The notes beneath the pieces were generated by a model that was given only the letters and a program-made list of their open reading frames with translations, was not told the DNA's origin and searched no databases. Source: Candidatus Muproteobacteria bacterium (GTDB taxonomy: Bacteria > Pseudomonadota > Gammaproteobacteria > Acidiferrobacterales > SPGG2). Taken from it: a stretch of 64,000 bases of DNA. The stretch is from the NCBI GenBank assembly GCA_003251795.1, contig QKEI01000051.1, forward strand, positions 24,823 to 88,822, read 5' to 3'. Shown piece by piece: positions 61,034 to 64,000 of this stretch. Made by a program: the position numbers and the translations under genes. Each line of letters starts with the position of its first letter. Within the stretch, counting starts at the first letter, position 1.

Positions 61034-61618
61034 TTATGAGATCGACTCGGTCGTGTAACGCTTTATCGTCATGTTTACTGACCAGTAATCCTTCGGTAGT
61101 CCCGCTTTCAGCTTGAGCTGCGTTAGGAACTCACGGGGATCAGGCAGCGCTTTCCATACGGAGGGTAGATACGTCGCTCGACAGGCGCCCTCTTCCAGAA
61201 TTACGCCATCGATCCCCGGTCGCAACTGCCGAAGCAAGTCTTCCTCGCAAGTGAAGGTCATTGGCTGACACGGGCCGAGTACCGAGATGTGTGCTCGCAG
61301 ATGCGCGAATTCTTCCGCTGTCAGCGGAGCGAAACGCGGATCGCTGAACGCAGCGGCGTAGGCATTCTTCACCACATCGACAACCAATACGCGCCGGGGT
61401 TCGATGGAACCTATGCAACCCCGCAACTCGTCTGCCACTTTGACCGTGACGAAACTTGCTCCCGCTTGTTGCAGGCTCGGCGAATGCTCGCTAGGGTCAA
61501 CGCGCAGGTTATTGCCATGCAAGCCGCTTTCAATTGAGGCGTACGCCAAATCCAGCAGCGTTTGCCGATCCTGCGACGACAATTGCAGCTCGGCGCTACT
61601 CGAAGATGTAGGCTCCAT
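61034..61618 (-). CDS. AMMECR1-domain protein (AmmeMemoRadiSam system protein A)
   Basis: 194 aa. GASFVTVKVADELRGCIGS (the LRGCIG hallmark), DPRFAPL, and context with the MEMO-like and radical SAM genes. Confidence 0.8.
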   Translation of the reverse strand: MEPTSSSSAELQLSSQDRQTLLDLAYASIESGLHGNNLRVDPSEHSPSLQQAGASFVTVKVADELRGCIGSIEPRRVLVVDVVKNAYAAAFSDPRFAPLTAEEFAHLRAHISVLGPCQPMTFTCEEDLLRQLRPGIDGVILEEGACRATYLPSVWKALPDPREFLTQLKLKAGLPKDYWSVNMTIKRYTTESIS

Positions 61619-62387
61619 AACCGACTACCTGATCGCGCGACCCAGCGGTATCACCAGAGTTGCGCAAATCTATGGTCTTAGCAATCAGGCCCCGCTTGCG
61701 CGCGACATGTAACAAGCCATTGATGGGTATGCGTCCGCAGGCTTGTTCGTACTTGATGTCCTCTGGCCGCAGCTGCTCAATCGCCTGCGAGGTAGTACTG
61801 TCCATACGGCGTGCGGTCTCGTAATCATAGTAATGGCTCAAGTCCGAGCTGATAACAATCAGTGTTTCTGCTCCGCCCCATAGACATTCCAGCACCTCGC
61901 CCACTTCCACAGGAGAGGCCTCGCCTACGGCCAGCGGCACCAGTGCAAACTCGGAGAGTACGACTTGCAGGAAAGGCAGTTGTACCTCAAGACTGTGCTC
62001 GGCGACATGTGCATCGTCCATCATCAGCACCTGCGGCAGTTGCGCAATCTTCGCCACTGCCTCTTGGTCCACGGGGACTGGGCCGAGCGGTGTCATGAAG
62101 CTTTGGCAACTCGGCAACGCCAGGCCCTGAAAAGGCACACGGTGGGCCGGTCCCAGTAGTACCACTCGTTTGATGATGTCAGCTGCTGGAACGAGGCGTG
62201 CGTAGGCACTCGCAGCGATCGGTCCTGAATATACGTACCCCGCATGCGGCGCGATAATGGCCTTCGGCACTGAACCGCTGCGTTCTGCACTGTGGAGATA
62301 CTGCTCAACCGTTGCCCGCAGTCGTACTGGTTCTGCAGGATAGAACATGCCGGCCACGGCGGGATTCCTTACCGTTTTGCTCGTCAT
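61596..62387 (-). CDS. MEMO1-family protein (AmmeMemoRadiSam system protein B)
   Basis: 263 aa. PAVAGMFYP, IIAPHAGYVYSGPIAA and EHSLEVQLPFL motifs. Overlaps the AMMECR1 gene by 23 nt. Confidence 0.8.
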   Translation of the reverse strand: MTSKTVRNPAVAGMFYPAEPVRLRATVEQYLHSAERSGSVPKAIIAPHAGYVYSGPIAASAYARLVPAADIIKRVVLLGPAHRVPFQGLALPSCQSFMTPLGPVPVDQEAVAKIAQLPQVLMMDDAHVAEHSLEVQLPFLQVVLSEFALVPLAVGEASPVEVGEVLECLWGGAETLIVISSDLSHYYDYETARRMDSTTSQAIEQLRPEDIKYEQACGRIPINGLLHVARKRGLIAKTIDLRNSGDTAGSRDQVVGYGAYIFE

Positions 62388-62512
62388 ATTTTGACCCTTA
62401 CCTAATATTTAAACATGCGCCCGTGCGCGCCGATTTGCAAGCAGCGGGAGTATAATGTGTCCAGGCCCGTTTGATTCCGCGCGCTAGCAACCCCATGTAA
62501 AGGTGGTTATCT

Positions 62513-63625
62513 ATGAAGCAAGCGACGACGAAAACGAGGGATCTGGGCGCGGTGGTGCCGGGCCGTTACTGGCACGTACTGACAGACGGCCGTGTTCAAT
62601 GCGACGTTTGTCCGCGCTACTGCAAGCTACACGAAGGCCAGCGCGGGCTTTGTTTCGTACGTGCCTGCCAGAATGCCGAGATCATGCTAACTACGTACGG
62701 TCGCTCCAGCGGCTACTGCGTAGATCCGATCGAAAAGAAACCGCTCAATCACTATCTGCCTGGTACACCCGTCTTGTCCTTCGGTACTGCCGGCTGCAAC
62801 CTGGCGTGCAAGTTCTGTCAGAACTGGGATATCTCCAAGTCGCGCGAGATCGATACGCTCGCCGATGAGGCGTCGCCCGAGAAAATTGCCCGGGTTGCGC
62901 GCGAACTCGGCTGTCGCAGCGTCGCTTACACCTACAACGACCCGGTAATCTTCCTGGAATACGCTGTCGACGTCGCTAAGGCCTGCCGCGAGCGCAATAT
63001 CAAGTCAGTGGCGGTAACGGCCGGTTACGTTACCGAGCAGGCGCGCGAAGAGTTTTTTAACCACATGGATGCCGCCAACGTTGATCTTAAGGCCTTCACC
63101 GAGGAATTCTATTTCAAGGTTTGTGGCGGACATCTGCAGCCGGTGCTCGATACACTCGTCTACTTGAAGCACGAGACTAATGTCTGGTTCGAGATCACGA
63201 CACTACTGATTCCCGGGGAAAATGACTCAGACAAAGAGCTCGAGGACATGACCCAGTGGGTAGTGGAACACATAGGGCCTGACGTGCCCTGGCACTTCAC
63301 CGCATTTCACCCGGATTGGAAGATGATGAATAAGTCGGATACCCCGGCTGCGACGCTCACGCGCGCCCGCCGCATCGCATTGAAAAACGGCGTTCGCTAT
63401 GCCTACACGGGCAACGTACATGACGAAACAGGCGGCAGCACCTATTGTCACCAGTGCGGTGAGAGGTTGATCGGGCGCGATTGGTACGTCATTACGGCTT
63501 GGAACCTGACGGCCGATGGGCGTTGTTCGCGCTGCGCTACGCCGCTCGCCGGCATGTTTGAAGCAAGCGCCGGCAGTTGGGGAGCCCGGCGACTGCCGGT
63601 ACGGCTCAAAGACTTTGCCGCCTGA
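62513..63625 (+). CDS. AmmeMemoRadiSam system radical SAM enzyme
   Basis: 370 aa. N-terminal Cys cluster CDVCPRYCKL...GLCFVR, radical SAM CNLACKFCQNW, and C-terminal CHQCG...CSRC. Divergent from the MEMO/AMMECR1 pair. Confidence 0.85.
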   Translation: MKQATTKTRDLGAVVPGRYWHVLTDGRVQCDVCPRYCKLHEGQRGLCFVRACQNAEIMLTTYGRSSGYCVDPIEKKPLNHYLPGTPVLSFGTAGCNLACKFCQNWDISKSREIDTLADEASPEKIARVARELGCRSVAYTYNDPVIFLEYAVDVAKACRERNIKSVAVTAGYVTEQAREEFFNHMDAANVDLKAFTEEFYFKVCGGHLQPVLDTLVYLKHETNVWFEITTLLIPGENDSDKELEDMTQWVVEHIGPDVPWHFTAFHPDWKMMNKSDTPAATLTRARRIALKNGVRYAYTGNVHDETGGSTYCHQCGERLIGRDWYVITAWNLTADGRCSRCATPLAGMFEASAGSWGARRLPVRLKDFAA

Positions 63626-63673
63626 GGGAGTGCTTTGCGCGCCAGAAACGTGTTGCCCTAAGGTAGGTTGCCC

Positions 63674-64000
63674 ATGGTGTCCAGCGATTGGGAGCTCTTC
63701 GAACATGGTGCGGACATCGGCGTGCGGGGGTTCGGCCAAACCAAGGATGTGGCATTCGAGCAGGCGGCAATGGCAATGACTGCGGTCATTACCGATCCAC
63801 AGAAGGTTGCCGCCGACGTCGAGGTGGACATCAGCTGTGAAGCTCCGGACGATGAACTCTTGCTGGTCGAGTGGCTCAATGCCCTGGTTTACGAAATGGC
63901 AACGCGTCATCTGTTGTTCGGGCGGTTTGAGGTTCATACCGAAAATGGGGCATTGCACGCTAAAGCGTGGGGCGAAAAGGTCGATCGCGCAAAACATGAA
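63674..64000 (+). CDS. archease (partial; runs off the right edge of the window)
   Basis: Not in the ORF track because it is open-ended. My translation is MVSSDWELFEHGADIGVRGFGQTKDVAFEQAAMAMTAVITDPQKV...LLVEWLNALVYEM. The F-E-H-x-A-D-I-G-V-R-G-x-G N-terminus is the archease signature as I recall it. Confidence 0.7.
   Translation, partial: MVSSDWELFEHGADIGVRGFGQTKDVAFEQAAMAMTAVITDPQKVAADVEVDISCEAPDDELLLVEWLNALVYEMATRHLLFGRFEVHTENGALHAKAWGEKVDRAKHE

Noticed and set aside
62451-62456. Perfect TATAAT hexamer upstream of the AmmeMemoRadiSam radical SAM gene as its -10 element.
   Set aside because: No acceptable -35 hexamer at 16-18 nt spacing (the TTGCAA is only 10 nt away) and no TG extension. 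It cannot be called a promoter from sequence alone.
63227-63997. 256-aa ORF antisense to the radical SAM and archease genes.
   Set aside because: It crosses the intergenic gap of two plus-strand genes that have clear family signatures, and has no motifs of its own.

Overview
This is a chromosomal segment of roughly 60% GC (estimated by eye) with gammaproteobacterial housekeeping synteny. I call about 65 protein-coding genes. One of them, rpmG, is missing from the ORF track because it is under 60 aa. Another, an archease, runs off the right edge. I also call two hairpin terminators, two promoter candidates and one palindromic operator candidate. I recognised no rRNA, tRNA, CRISPR array, transposase, integrase or phage gene, so most of the window is ordinary core genome: xseB-ispA, folE2, proS, wrbA, hda, purMN, rpmBG-radC / coaBC-dut-algC (the Pseudomonas order), dcd-apbC / metG, rnfB-like-nth, gloA, argG / argD-argF, htpG, purL and dapA-bamC. 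I found no clearly new system; the best candidates are modules of conserved genes whose function is unknown. (1) An AmmeMemoRadiSam trio (AMMECR1-like, MEMO-like, radical SAM) with an archease gene directly downstream of the radical SAM gene (61.0-64.0 kb). (2) An ArsS-type radical SAM/Cys-rich gene with its two partner transferase-like genes and no arsM nearby (29.6-32.0 kb). (3) A translationally coupled GCS2-type ligase / M14 AstE-AspA-type hydrolase / CoA-type Nudix operon that ends tail-to-tail against an Atm1-type ABC exporter (40.4-45.3 kb). Smaller observations are a transposase-like C-terminal tail on a DesA-type desaturase, an MBL-fold gene whose conserved N-terminus lies upstream of any canonical start codon, an Asn-substituted receiver domain on a GGDEF-EAL protein, an nth operon carrying FIST and DUF1841 genes, a secreted DsrE-like protein next to an orphan binding protein, and two long GC-rich gaps with no credible ORF. 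All family assignments come from motif recognition by eye; no database search was run.
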